Positions 7,118 to 15,037 of a stretch of 36,363 nucleotides of DNA are shown here, one piece after another. Origin of the DNA: a virus (Duplodnaviria > Caudoviricetes); the IMG/VR virus record IMGVR_UViG_3300016484_000347, positions 1 to 36,363 of that record. The stretch is one strand, 5' to 3'. How positions within the stretch are numbered: position 1 is the first letter of the stretch; the number at the start of each line of letters is the position of its first letter. The position numbers were made by a program, and so were the translations under genes. The notes beneath the pieces are model-generated. The model did no database searches. It was not told the DNA's origin and saw only the letters and a list, made by a program, of their open reading frames with translations.

Positions 7118-7247
7118 CTGGTTAGTTATTAGGAAATTCCGAAAAGCTGGAGTTTCTTGCTATGAAGTGTCCAATAATAAAGAAGTTAAAATTATTTTTG
7201 GATATAAAAACCTTTTACAATTTATGGCGGTTAAAAATGAACACTAA
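7110..7247 (+). CDS. 45-aa hypothetical protein (MSNWLVIRKFRKAGVSCYEV...)
   Basis: Hand-found ORF overlapping both neighbours and filling the gap. Confidence 0.5.
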   Translation: MSNWLVIRKFRKAGVSCYEVSNNKEVKIIFGYKNLLQFMAVKNEH

Positions 7248-7773
7248 AGACAATGAAGCGTTTGAGAAATGGATAAACTTGCTGGATTGGTCATTTTATC
7301 CAATTATTCACAAACCTATTGTAATTGATGACATGAGAATAGCATGGCAAGCTGCTTGCGAGTATAAGCAGAAAGAGATTGATAATTTAAAAAATGTAAC
7401 TTACTGGACAATTGAGCAAGACGGCAGAGTAACTAGACATATATCCATTGCTGAGATTGAAAAACTCCAAGAAGAATTATTTCTAGCAAGAGAAGCCGCA
7501 AGCTCTGAAGCAGCACTAGTCAAAGAGTTAAGATTAGAAATAATGACAATTAAGGGTGAACGTAATAAAGCTCAGTTTGAAATTGACAAATTAGGCATGG
7601 AGCTTGAGCAAATAAAAGATACTCCAATTTATTTAAAAAATACTTGTCTTGAGGAAAGGGTTGCTGAACTGATAGCTGAAAATGCCAAGCTTAAAAAATT
7701 TATATCTGCACTGGGGTATGAAGAAACGGTTGATGATGTTATCGAATCATTAAAAGAGCTGGAGGTAAAATGA
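7237..7773 (+). CDS. Hypothetical coiled-coil protein (likely start ATG 7237)
   Basis: AFEKW...AWQAACEYKQKEID pattern then heptad-rich region. Confidence 0.65.
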   Translation: MNTKDNEAFEKWINLLDWSFYPIIHKPIVIDDMRIAWQAACEYKQKEIDNLKNVTYWTIEQDGRVTRHISIAEIEKLQEELFLAREAASSEAALVKELRLEIMTIKGERNKAQFEIDKLGMELEQIKDTPIYLKNTCLEERVAELIAENAKLKKFISALGYEETVDDVIESLKELEVK

Positions 7774-7964
7774 ATAGTTACGAAGAAATTTTATTCTGTA
7801 GGAATTGTAACTCCGAGTACGAGCTAGTTATCATTAATGATGAAATAATTTCACAGTCTCCTTGTAAATGTCCGAAGCTGAAAGTAGAAGAGAAGCTATT
7901 AGACAAATTTGCTAAAGAGCTAGGAGAGTACATTACCCAGCTCAAATCAAAGGAGAAGAAATGA
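7770..7964 (+). CDS. Small zinc-ribbon protein
   Basis: CRNC...CKC; GGAGG SD; ATGA overlaps. Confidence 0.6.
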   Translation: MNSYEEILFCRNCNSEYELVIINDEIISQSPCKCPKLKVEEKLLDKFAKELGEYITQLKSKEKK

Positions 7965-8539
7965 CTTTGCACGAAAAGCTGGTAGCTATTCAGACCGATA
8001 TTAGCGTACCAAAAGGACAATGGAATAGGTTTTCTGAGTTTTATTATCGCTCATGCGAAGACATTTTAACGGCCGTAACTCCATACTTAAAAAAACATAA
8101 TGTAACTCTGGTTATTAGTGACGATATTATAAACGTCGTCGATAGGTTTTATGTGAAAGCTACAGCTACTATATCAGACGGAGCGACCAGTATTAGCTCT
8201 ACTGGTTTTGCTAGAGAGTCATTAGAGAAGAAAGGTATGGACTCAGCTCAACTTACTGGGTCTACTAGCTCATACGCTCGTAAGTATGCTCTGGCTGGGT
8301 TACTTCTTCTAGACGACGTTAAAGACGCAGACGATAACTCTAATTATGAAAAGAAAGAAACTCCGCAAACTCGACCAGACCCAGCTTTACCAGTAAATAA
8401 ACCAGCTCTTTCTAAAGGTAAACCAATGTCTGTAAGTCAAAAGTCTTTTATTGAAAAGATTTGCAAGAATAAAAACTTGGAAATACCAAACATAACGACT
8501 AGCGAAGAAGCTAGTCTTTGGATAAACAAAAATAAATAG
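7961..8539 (+). CDS. erf: ERF-family ssDNA-annealing recombinase
   Basis: YRSCEDIL, GFARE, AQLTGSTSSYARKYALAGLL...DAD signature. Confidence 0.9.
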   Translation: MTLHEKLVAIQTDISVPKGQWNRFSEFYYRSCEDILTAVTPYLKKHNVTLVISDDIINVVDRFYVKATATISDGATSISSTGFARESLEKKGMDSAQLTGSTSSYARKYALAGLLLLDDVKDADDNSNYEKKETPQTRPDPALPVNKPALSKGKPMSVSQKSFIEKICKNKNLEIPNITTSEEASLWINKNK

Positions 8540-8547
8540 GAGAAATT

Positions 8548-8874
8548 ATGTCATCATTTAACAAGCTATTACTTATGGGCGGTACATATAATTTAAGAGA
8601 CATTGATACCTCTAACGGAGAGCCTATGGTTTCTTTTACAGTCCGTACTTGGGACTCTACAGGTAAAGACGAAGATGGAAAAGCCAAGGGAGATACAAGC
8701 TGGTTTAACTGTCTGGCCTTTGGTAAAAAAGCAGAGCTTTTAAAAAAATATCATAAAGACGGACTGGTACTATGGGTAGAGGGTAGAGGCTCGTTTAGAA
8801 AAGATAAAGAAAATACCGAGCGTTTCTCTGTTATAGTATCAGACTTTAGATTTATGTCTAAGAATGAAGCTTAA
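8548..8874 (+). CDS. ssb: Single-stranded DNA-binding protein (no acidic tail)
   Basis: FNKLLLMG...TSWFNCLAFGKKAE...LWVEGR OB-fold pattern. Confidence 0.85.
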   Translation: MSSFNKLLLMGGTYNLRDIDTSNGEPMVSFTVRTWDSTGKDEDGKAKGDTSWFNCLAFGKKAELLKKYHKDGLVLWVEGRGSFRKDKENTERFSVIVSDFRFMSKNEA

Positions 8875-9553
8875 AAGATTTCTAGTAGTAGACATTGAAG
8901 CCACTAATAGAAACCCATTAAATGCTCAGATACTATCTGGGCATTTTTTGTATCTAGACCTAAGCTTTAATATCATTGACCAGTATAGTCTTAAATCTAA
9001 GCCACAGAGCTGGGACTCTGAAGCGGAGGAGGCAAGCTCAATACATGGTATCAAATTGGTAGATACAATCTTGTACCCAGAGTTTAGCGAAGCTATGGAA
9101 AATTTACTTTCTTGGCTGGGTAAACTTGAGCCGTCTTATTTTGTTTGTCATGCCAATAGAAAAATATTTGGTAAGTTTTCAAGCTATGACTACGCAGTAT
9201 TGGTAAGTAATCTTTTATATCTAGGAAAGCATTACGACCTTTATCGAGCTTGTCCGTCGAGTCATATAATTTCTACTCACTCTCTCGCTAAGTACTTAAG
9301 CTTATCTTGCGATTATGATTTAAAAAGTTTATGCTCTTTTTATAAGTATGATTTGAGTAACCACCATGAAGCTGAAGCCGATACCTACGCTTGTCTTCAT
9401 TTGCTAAAATCAATGCTACCAGAAGTAAACTTAGAAGAATTTTTTGAAGTCGAAAATAACTGGAGGGATTATGAAGCTAATACCAATACTAAAGAAGTTA
9501 GAACAAAAAGAAGTAACAATAAGCAGCGTAGTAGTCGAAGCCTTTTCCTTTGA
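8864..9553 (+). CDS. DEDDh 3'-5' exonuclease (DnaQ-like)
   Basis: VVDIEAT (ExoI), IHGI, CHAN...YD (ExoII), HEAEAD (ExoIII). Confidence 0.85.
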   Translation: MKLKRFLVVDIEATNRNPLNAQILSGHFLYLDLSFNIIDQYSLKSKPQSWDSEAEEASSIHGIKLVDTILYPEFSEAMENLLSWLGKLEPSYFVCHANRKIFGKFSSYDYAVLVSNLLYLGKHYDLYRACPSSHIISTHSLAKYLSLSCDYDLKSLCSFYKYDLSNHHEAEADTYACLHLLKSMLPEVNLEEFFEVENNWRDYEANTNTKEVRTKRSNNKQRSSRSLFL

Positions 9554-9854
9554 TACAGAAAAGAAATATTATAAAGAAATGATTTGGCTATCAGCTATGC
9601 CAGAATCTCTTAAGTCAATGTCTTCAGAAATTATATGTAATGTAGTAAAAGATTTAATGCCAGAGCCAAAAACTATTAAAGAATTACTTGATACAGATTT
9701 CCCTTACGTCATGTTTGACGACTTAGAAACTGGTAAAACTTACGAGCTATCTGGAGAGTACCCAGATAAAAAAGATATGGTTACAGTTAAGAAATTTGGG
9801 ACTACTGAGCTATGCGACTTACCTCTAGAAACCAAAATAAAAAGTTTATTCTAA
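9471..9854 (+). CDS. Hypothetical protein (likely start ATG 9471)
   Basis: GGAGG SD before 9471. Confidence 0.65.
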   Translation: MKLIPILKKLEQKEVTISSVVVEAFSFDTEKKYYKEMIWLSAMPESLKSMSSEIICNVVKDLMPEPKTIKELLDTDFPYVMFDDLETGKTYELSGEYPDKKDMVTVKKFGTTELCDLPLETKIKSLF

Positions 9855-10330
9855 TGAAAATTTTAATTACTACAGTCTTTTTTTATATCAGTTTTACCCA
9901 TGCTTCTATTACGGCCATTACTCCAGAGCCTTGGCTAAAGATTGTAGCTATAAAGGCTAACTGCGTACTTAAGAGAGAAGAGTTTTTAAACGAGGTAAAA
10001 CTTTACCCAAAATTTACCCATACAAATAATACAAGCTCAAAGGTAGCTGAAGACCTAAGAGCATTACCAGAGATAAAGGTAGCTACTTACAAATCTAAAA
10101 ACCCTTTTACTAAAGCGGTCGCTACTACCTACCCAAAAGAAAAGAATAAAATCTATCTTAACTTGCGGCATAACCCACGACCAGTAGATGATATGGTAGC
10201 TACGCTATGCCATGAGTCTACCCATGTTTTAGGTTACTCGCATGGGGATAATAACCCAGCTGGTAAAGAAAATTCTGTACCTTACAAAGTACAAACTATT
10301 TGCGTTAAATTTTTACAGCTCTGTAATTAA
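9854..10330 (+). CDS. Exported zinc metallopeptidase-like protein
   Basis: Signal peptide (MKILITTVFFYISFTHA), HESTHVLGYSH = HExxHxxGxxH; TAATG overlap. Confidence 0.75.
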   Translation: MKILITTVFFYISFTHASITAITPEPWLKIVAIKANCVLKREEFLNEVKLYPKFTHTNNTSSKVAEDLRALPEIKVATYKSKNPFTKAVATTYPKEKNKIYLNLRHNPRPVDDMVATLCHESTHVLGYSHGDNNPAGKENSVPYKVQTICVKFLQLCN

Positions 10331-10396
10331 TATAGTCTTAAGTCCATTTAGAATAAATCTATGGTACTCCAATTGTTAAAACCAATGGAGGAAACC

Positions 10397-10687
10397 ATGA
10401 CTAATAAAAAAAGTAACATTAAAGAAAAAGTAATCGAAGCTCTTAAGTCTGGAGCTGGCCCTACTGAAGCGGCCAGAAGAGCTGGCTGTAGCCTTACTAC
10501 AGCTCGGTATCATGCAAAGCGTTTAAATAAACTAGTAGCAAGTAAAGAGAAGTTAAATGCTCATGGTGGTATTATTAGAGCGATAAATTTAAAAAATAAA
10601 CTTCTTGAGGATAAAGCTCACCACGAAAGAGAGATACAGAGAGTTAATGATTTGTTACGATACATAGACGAAATATCAAAGGACTAA
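10397..10687 (+). CDS. HTH DNA-binding protein with C-terminal coiled coil
   Basis: GAGPTEAARRAGCSLTTARYH HTH; GGAGG SD before 10397; TAGAAT -10-like at 10349. Confidence 0.7.
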   Translation: MTNKKSNIKEKVIEALKSGAGPTEAARRAGCSLTTARYHAKRLNKLVASKEKLNAHGGIIRAINLKNKLLEDKAHHEREIQRVNDLLRYIDEISKD

Positions 10688-10689
10688 TA

Positions 10690-10812
10690 ATGATAGATGA
10701 GTCTGGTAAACTTATTATTTTTTTACTGGGAATTTTCTTTGGTTACTTTCTAAAAGATAGAAAAGCTAAAGGATATATGATAAAAGAGTTTGCTGCTATA
10801 AAGAAAGGCTAG
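10690..10812 (+). CDS. 40-aa single-TM peptide (MIDESGKLIIFLLGIFFGYFLKD...)
   Basis: Hand-found ORF, AAGGA upstream, one hydrophobic helix followed by basic residues. Confidence 0.55.
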   Translation: MIDESGKLIIFLLGIFFGYFLKDRKAKGYMIKEFAAIKKG

Positions 10813-10844
10813 GTCATTCCTTCGACTCTAGCCTAACCAACATA

Positions 10845-10877
10845 GAGGGTCTAGTCTTGAGACGGAGGCTAGACTCT
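10845..10877 (+). terminator. Hairpin between convergent genes
   Basis: AGGGUCUAGUCUU / GAGGCUAGACUCU 13-bp stem with G-U pairs; second hairpin AGGCTAG/CTAGCCT at ~10806-10834. Confidence 0.5.
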
Positions 10878-10881
10878 TAAA

Positions 10882-11856
10882 TTATGTCAAGCTTAACTCA
10901 CGAAGAGAAGTCCTTTTTTCCTTTGTCAAAAGGTTAAAAGATTTATCCTTATACTCAGCTCCACAGTTAGTACAAATAAACCTAGTCCAGATAGCTCTAT
11001 TTTCAAAGACTGGCCTACCATGCTCCTTAAAATCTACAGAGCCGCAAAGGCATTTGTTAATCTCTCCAAAGACGTTCAAGTTTGGATGACGTTTATCGTA
11101 TGGTCTAAGCTTTAAGTAGTACTCTTCTAGAGATAATACGTCATACTGGTTATATTTTTTCATTTCTAACCATGCGTCTTCGTCTCCAGCTTCGCAAGCT
11201 TTCCATAACTCAAAACCAGCATACTTTCCATGGTCGAGTTTTTTAAACTTGGTACATAGCTTATCAGTCGTATAGGCCAATTTATTACTCGTAAACTTAG
11301 CGACTCTTTTAGCTACTTCTAAAGTATCGACACTTCTAAAAGAAGAGGGAGGAGGAAACCCATTAATAATAAATCTGGCCATGAGTTTCTTTTCATCAAA
11401 TCTTTTTGAGTTTTGTCCTACGATAATATCGGCTTCGTCCATTAGCTGCCATATCTGGCTAAGTAGTCCTTTATCGTCTCCAATATTATCCTTACAGTCC
11501 GCATACATAATCTGATCTGAAGGAGAGCCGAGCCATTTTGCAGACCAGCTCATAACGTACCAGTCTCTAATGATTTGATTAAGTCCTATATTTTGATCGA
11601 ATAAATCAAACGTATAAACAATAAGAGGAGAAGTCTCAATATCGAGTAAAAGTATCTTAGGCTCGTTAACTTCTTTCGGTATTGGAGGAGGAGAGTCGTC
11701 TATGTCGCAAGCTTCGATTATCTTTTTGTATCCTCCATGCCTTCTTATACTCCAGTCGCTTATCCCAGAAGTTACTAGCTCGTCCCTAGTAGGGACTCTC
11801 CCAGTCTCTCTAAAAAGGTCTTTAACTTTAGAGGCTATAGTATGAAGCTCTATCAT
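10882..11856 (-). CDS. RNase H-fold 3'-5' exonuclease (DEDDy type) with N-terminal helical domain and C-terminal Zn ribbon
   Basis: LLLDIETSP, GQNSKRFD, YNQYDV motifs; CLCG...CTNCG. Confidence 0.85.
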   Translation of the reverse strand: MIELHTIASKVKDLFRETGRVPTRDELVTSGISDWSIRRHGGYKKIIEACDIDDSPPPIPKEVNEPKILLLDIETSPLIVYTFDLFDQNIGLNQIIRDWYVMSWSAKWLGSPSDQIMYADCKDNIGDDKGLLSQIWQLMDEADIIVGQNSKRFDEKKLMARFIINGFPPPSSFRSVDTLEVAKRVAKFTSNKLAYTTDKLCTKFKKLDHGKYAGFELWKACEAGDEDAWLEMKKYNQYDVLSLEEYYLKLRPYDKRHPNLNVFGEINKCLCGSVDFKEHGRPVFENRAIWTRFICTNCGAEYKDKSFNLLTKEKRTSLRELSLT

Positions 11857-11993
11857 TTAAACCTCCAGCCAGAGACTCTGGGAGGGTAATTTAGATATGT
11901 ATAAGTAGATACTTTTTGAAGAGTCGAATAGACCCGATAAAAAGGTAGTCTATGGCTAGAGGCCAGATTAGATAAAATTATGTCTATACATCC

Positions 11994-12023
11994 TTGTATA
12001 AATCATTAGTCTTTACATACTAT
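11994..12023 (+). promoter_or_regulatory. Promoter giving probable leaderless mRNA
   Basis: TTGTAT - 18 bp - TACTAT, 6 nt to ATG 12030; no SD. Confidence 0.55.
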
Positions 12024-12029
12024 TAGAGT

Positions 12030-12485
12030 ATGAAAAATTTAGTTTTGCAAATTCCTATGAAACCTCTATCTGTTAATAAGAAATTTACTATAAATAGGTA
12101 CTCTAGACGTATGGTTAAAAGTAGCGAGGCGGTTACATTTGAAAAGAAGCTATCTGGTTATCTGGACAAATACCATAAAGAGATAGAAGAGTTTTTGCAG
12201 GGGATAGAAGAAAGACAAGCTCTTGGACTTGAGCTAGTAATCTACGTACCAGAGAGTGAATTTTATACCAAAAAGAAAGAAATGAGTCTTACAGCTTTAG
12301 ACGTATCAAATACTCTTAAAATGCTTGAGGATACTCTCTATAAGTACCTAGACATTAACGACGCTTTAAACGTAAAAGTATCAGCTGAGAAGCGTCCTAC
12401 CTCTAACAGCGGTTATATGACCCTAATTAACATCACAAAGCTACCAGTACCTAAAGTTTGTCCGCTAGATAATATTAGTTTTTAG
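12030..12485 (+). CDS. rusA: RusA-like Holliday junction resolvase
   Basis: PLSVN N-terminus; DVSNTLKMLEDTL...IND acidic catalytic motif. Confidence 0.8.
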   Translation: MKNLVLQIPMKPLSVNKKFTINRYSRRMVKSSEAVTFEKKLSGYLDKYHKEIEEFLQGIEERQALGLELVIYVPESEFYTKKKEMSLTALDVSNTLKMLEDTLYKYLDINDALNVKVSAEKRPTSNSGYMTLINITKLPVPKVCPLDNISF

Positions 12486-12618
12486 GTATCTTACCGCCTA
12501 ATCGGGTAATCATGGCCGCATAATAACCCATTAGCTTTTTATTTCCGTCTACCTTAGCTTGTAAGTATAGCTGGGTAAGCTTTTCTAGGTTAGGAGTTTT
12601 TAATTTTTGTGATTGCAT
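12475..12618 (-). CDS. 47-aa hypothetical protein (MQSQKLKTPNLEKLTQLYLQAK...)
   Basis: Hand-found ORF at end of late operon, overlapping upstream peptide. Confidence 0.45.
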   Translation of the reverse strand: MQSQKLKTPNLEKLTQLYLQAKVDGNKKLMGYYAAMITRLGGKIPKN

Positions 12619-12694
12619 AGAGAGAAAAGAATAGAATGAATAGAGCTATGAAGCTATCGAGTAGAATTGCTACGAAGTTTACCGCTATTTCCAT
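12590..12694 (-). CDS. 34-aa hydrophobic peptide (MEIAVNFVAILLDSFIALFILFFSLYAITKIKNS)
   Basis: Hand-found; AAGGA SD; single TM helix. Confidence 0.55.
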   Translation of the reverse strand: MEIAVNFVAILLDSFIALFILFFSLYAITKIKNS

Positions 12695-12998
12695 TTGATC
12701 TATCCTTTATGTATTGACGTACATTTTCCCAGTAAGAAGCTTTTTTCGAGTACTCTTCTGGAGTCCAGCCTACGAGTCTGTCGCAAGCTTGAATAGGCTC
12801 TTTCCAAGCTTCTATACTTGTAACTGGGCCTATATAATCTAGGCTAAAGCGATAGACCCTACAAATGCAATATGATTTTTCTGTGCTTATAAATTTTTCG
12901 TCTTCTGAGTAGTAAAAGACTGGAGAGCATTGCGGCCCGTCTGGAGTCGTAGGCATATCCGCACAGCCAGCTAGAAGTAAGAGAAGTAAAAATTTCAT
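12654..12998 (-). CDS. Lipoprotein, putative outer-membrane spanin
   Basis: MKFLLLLLLAGC lipobox; in lysis cassette. Confidence 0.65.
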   Translation of the reverse strand: MKFLLLLLLAGCADMPTTPDGPQCSPVFYYSEDEKFISTEKSYCICRVYRFSLDYIGPVTSIEAWKEPIQACDRLVGWTPEEYSKKASYWENVRQYIKDRSNGNSGKLRSNSTR

Positions 12999-13216
12999 GG
13001 TAGATTTTCAAATGTTTTTTTTATTTCTTCTTCAGTCTTAGAAACTTTATAAGATAGACCTTTTAGCTTAGATTCTTCTTCGAGCTTCTTTCTAATCTGC
13101 CTAATCTTATACGAGTTAATAAGAGCAAAGACCAAGTCTTTGAGTAATGGTATTACTATCGTAGTTACTATTAACTCTAAAAACTTGGCCATAAAATTAG
13201 CCTTCTTTGCCGTCAA
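12995..13216 (-). CDS. N-terminal membrane-anchored protein, putative inner-membrane spanin/lysis accessory
   Basis: Hydrophobic N-terminus plus charged helical tail; precedes lipoprotein. Confidence 0.45.
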   Translation of the reverse strand: MTAKKANFMAKFLELIVTTIVIPLLKDLVFALINSYKIRQIRKKLEEESKLKGLSYKVSKTEEEIKKTFENLP

Positions 13217-13424
13217 TCTTATTTACAGCTTTTTTAATGTACTCTTCTAGCTGCGGTAATACGATAAGGGCCATATCGTCGTAAGGAGTAGCCGATAGTT
13301 TAGCAGACTCTTTTACCCATTGGAGTACAGACTCTACTACAATTTCAGCGGACTCTTCAGCAATAGATAGACCTTTGCCTTTAATGATTTCTAAAAGCTC
13401 TTTTACGTCATAAGCATTTTTCAT
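13197..13424 (-). CDS. Hypothetical protein in lysis cassette
   Basis: ORF track; overlapping start/stop junctions. Confidence 0.6.
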   Translation of the reverse strand: MKNAYDVKELLEIIKGKGLSIAEESAEIVVESVLQWVKESAKLSATPYDDMALIVLPQLEEYIKKAVNKIDGKEG

Positions 13425-13867
13425 ACTTTTTCCTTTGTCGGTTTTTTATGTACTGGGTATTTCCAGTTTGGATATTTTGACTTGTATTTTTCTATTACGT
13501 CTATGCCAATAGCTAAGTGTATATGCGGGCCATTTCCGTTATTATGGAAATACATTAAACGTCTTACTCCAGACTGGCTAACATAACCCAAATGTTTATA
13601 TTTTTCTGTAAATACTTGCATTAGCATAACTATTTTCTGCTTACTCATATCAGAGGTACGTATGTCCACAGCTCGACCTTGAGAGTGAGCTGGAGAAACT
13701 CTATTAAGAGCTTTATCTCTCTCTGGAGTACTAAGAGTTTCAGTTAATGTAATTGGCTTTTTGTCAAATGCGATAGACCATTTATCTATTGTATCGACTA
13801 GGTCTTTAACTAAAGGGTGAAGCTTATCGAATCCGTTTTTAACTTCGTCGCTTTTGAATTGTATCAT
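13421..13867 (-). CDS. Endolysin, Hedgehog/DD-peptidase (M15-like) zinc peptidase
   Basis: HSQGRAVD (HxxxxAxD) and HIH motifs. Confidence 0.8.
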   Translation of the reverse strand: MIQFKSDEVKNGFDKLHPLVKDLVDTIDKWSIAFDKKPITLTETLSTPERDKALNRVSPAHSQGRAVDIRTSDMSKQKIVMLMQVFTEKYKHLGYVSQSGVRRLMYFHNNGNGPHIHLAIGIDVIEKYKSKYPNWKYPVHKKPTKEKV

Positions 13868-14067
13868 TTACTATTTAAAAGGTAGTTAGTAAGGCTATCA
13901 ATCTTTAAAGACAATTCTTTAATGTCTTCTTTAGTAGCTTGGTACTCTACCTTCTTCTCCAGCTTATTAAGCTCTTCTTTCGTAGAAAAATTAGCTGAAG
14001 CATATACTACTAGAGAAGCTCCTAAGCTTACCCAGTAGATAATTTGCTTAAGCTGTTCCGTTAGCAT
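13864..14067 (-). CDS. Holin-like/single-TM coiled-coil protein
   Basis: One N-terminal TM then coiled coil; directly upstream of endolysin. Confidence 0.5.
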   Translation of the reverse strand: MLTEQLKQIIYWVSLGASLVVYASANFSTKEELNKLEKKVEYQATKEDIKELSLKIDSLTNYLLNSK

Positions 14068-14399
14068 GGCCTGACCACGATACCTTTATTAAAGTACATA
14101 ATAGGAGCATAAACTTTATCAAGCTCTAAGCTTTCAACGTCTACGACATTAACTACAGTCTCGCCTTGCTCGTTAACGCTTTCTTGCTCTACCTGAGTAA
14201 TTACTTTTTTAAATACTTTAAGCTCTTTATTTTCTCCAAACTCGTAATCAACTGGAGCTTGCTCTAGACCCATGTAGAAAATTAGGTCTACATTTCCTAA
14301 GTCAAATTTTAAAACTCTACAAGTAGGCTCTAGAAAAATGTCGCCTTCTTTATTACTCCAAAAATTATTAAACAAATCATTATTAAATAAACTAAACAT
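14061..14399 (-). CDS. Hypothetical protein (possible tail fibre chaperone)
   Basis: Acidic; follows putative receptor-binding gene; AAGGA SD. Confidence 0.55.
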   Translation of the reverse strand: MFSLFNNDLFNNFWSNKEGDIFLEPTCRVLKFDLGNVDLIFYMGLEQAPVDYEFGENKELKVFKKVITQVEQESVNEQGETVVNVVDVESLELDKVYAPIMYFNKGIVVRPC

Positions 14400-14410
14400 A
14401 TCAATTCCTT

Positions 14411-15025
14411 TTAAGAGATATTGTTATATTCTGTAACCAGATATTTAGTACCAGATAAAACAGACCCAGAAGGTATCCAAAACTCTTCTAAAACTGATTT
14501 ACATAATTGAAGACTGAAACCTACAGTACCAGATGACCTAGATAATAATACTGACCATGAACCAAGCGTTCTTATTGGAGCAGCTGCGGCCGTTAATGCA
14601 CCATAACTTAATGGTATGTTTCTATTACCATAAAAATACTTAATTGTTCTATTGCCTGTAAAGCTGGCGTTTGAAGATACTGTGCTAACTTGAATACTTG
14701 ATAAGGTATTATCTGCTGAGTTAATACATCCAGCAGTAGAATAAAGATTTAGTAGGTTACCAGCATTAGATATAGTTGATGAGCAAGAAAATATTACAAA
14801 ATCATGTACCTCATTATCAATATAGTAAAAATAAGTATACTGATTAGATGAAGTAGTAACTGATTTTGTGGTTAAAATAAAGTACACTGGGTTATTATCC
14901 AATGTTAAATCTCCAGACATATCTCTAACTCTAGCAAATTTACCATTAGGAATTGTATAAGAAGTAGTCTTAATGCTTGTACTTGCTGGGTTATTATCAA
15001 AAGGAATAATAATAGGTGCGGCCAT
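14411..15025 (-). CDS. Putative receptor-binding/tail tip protein
   Basis: SYTIPNGKFARV N-terminus and FWIPSGSVL C-terminus around Ser/Thr/Asn-rich middle; end of tail module. Confidence 0.5.
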   Translation of the reverse strand: MAAPIIIPFDNNPASTSIKTTSYTIPNGKFARVRDMSGDLTLDNNPVYFILTTKSVTTSSNQYTYFYYIDNEVHDFVIFSCSSTISNAGNLLNLYSTAGCINSADNTLSSIQVSTVSSNASFTGNRTIKYFYGNRNIPLSYGALTAAAAPIRTLGSWSVLLSRSSGTVGFSLQLCKSVLEEFWIPSGSVLSGTKYLVTEYNNIS

Positions 15026-15037
15026 TTTAAAAGCTCC

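Noticed and set aside
9471-9553. 83-bp overlap between exonuclease and next gene as a frameshift or pseudogene
   Set aside because: All catalytic motifs precede the overlap and the downstream gene has its own GGAGG SD; best read as a dispensable tail
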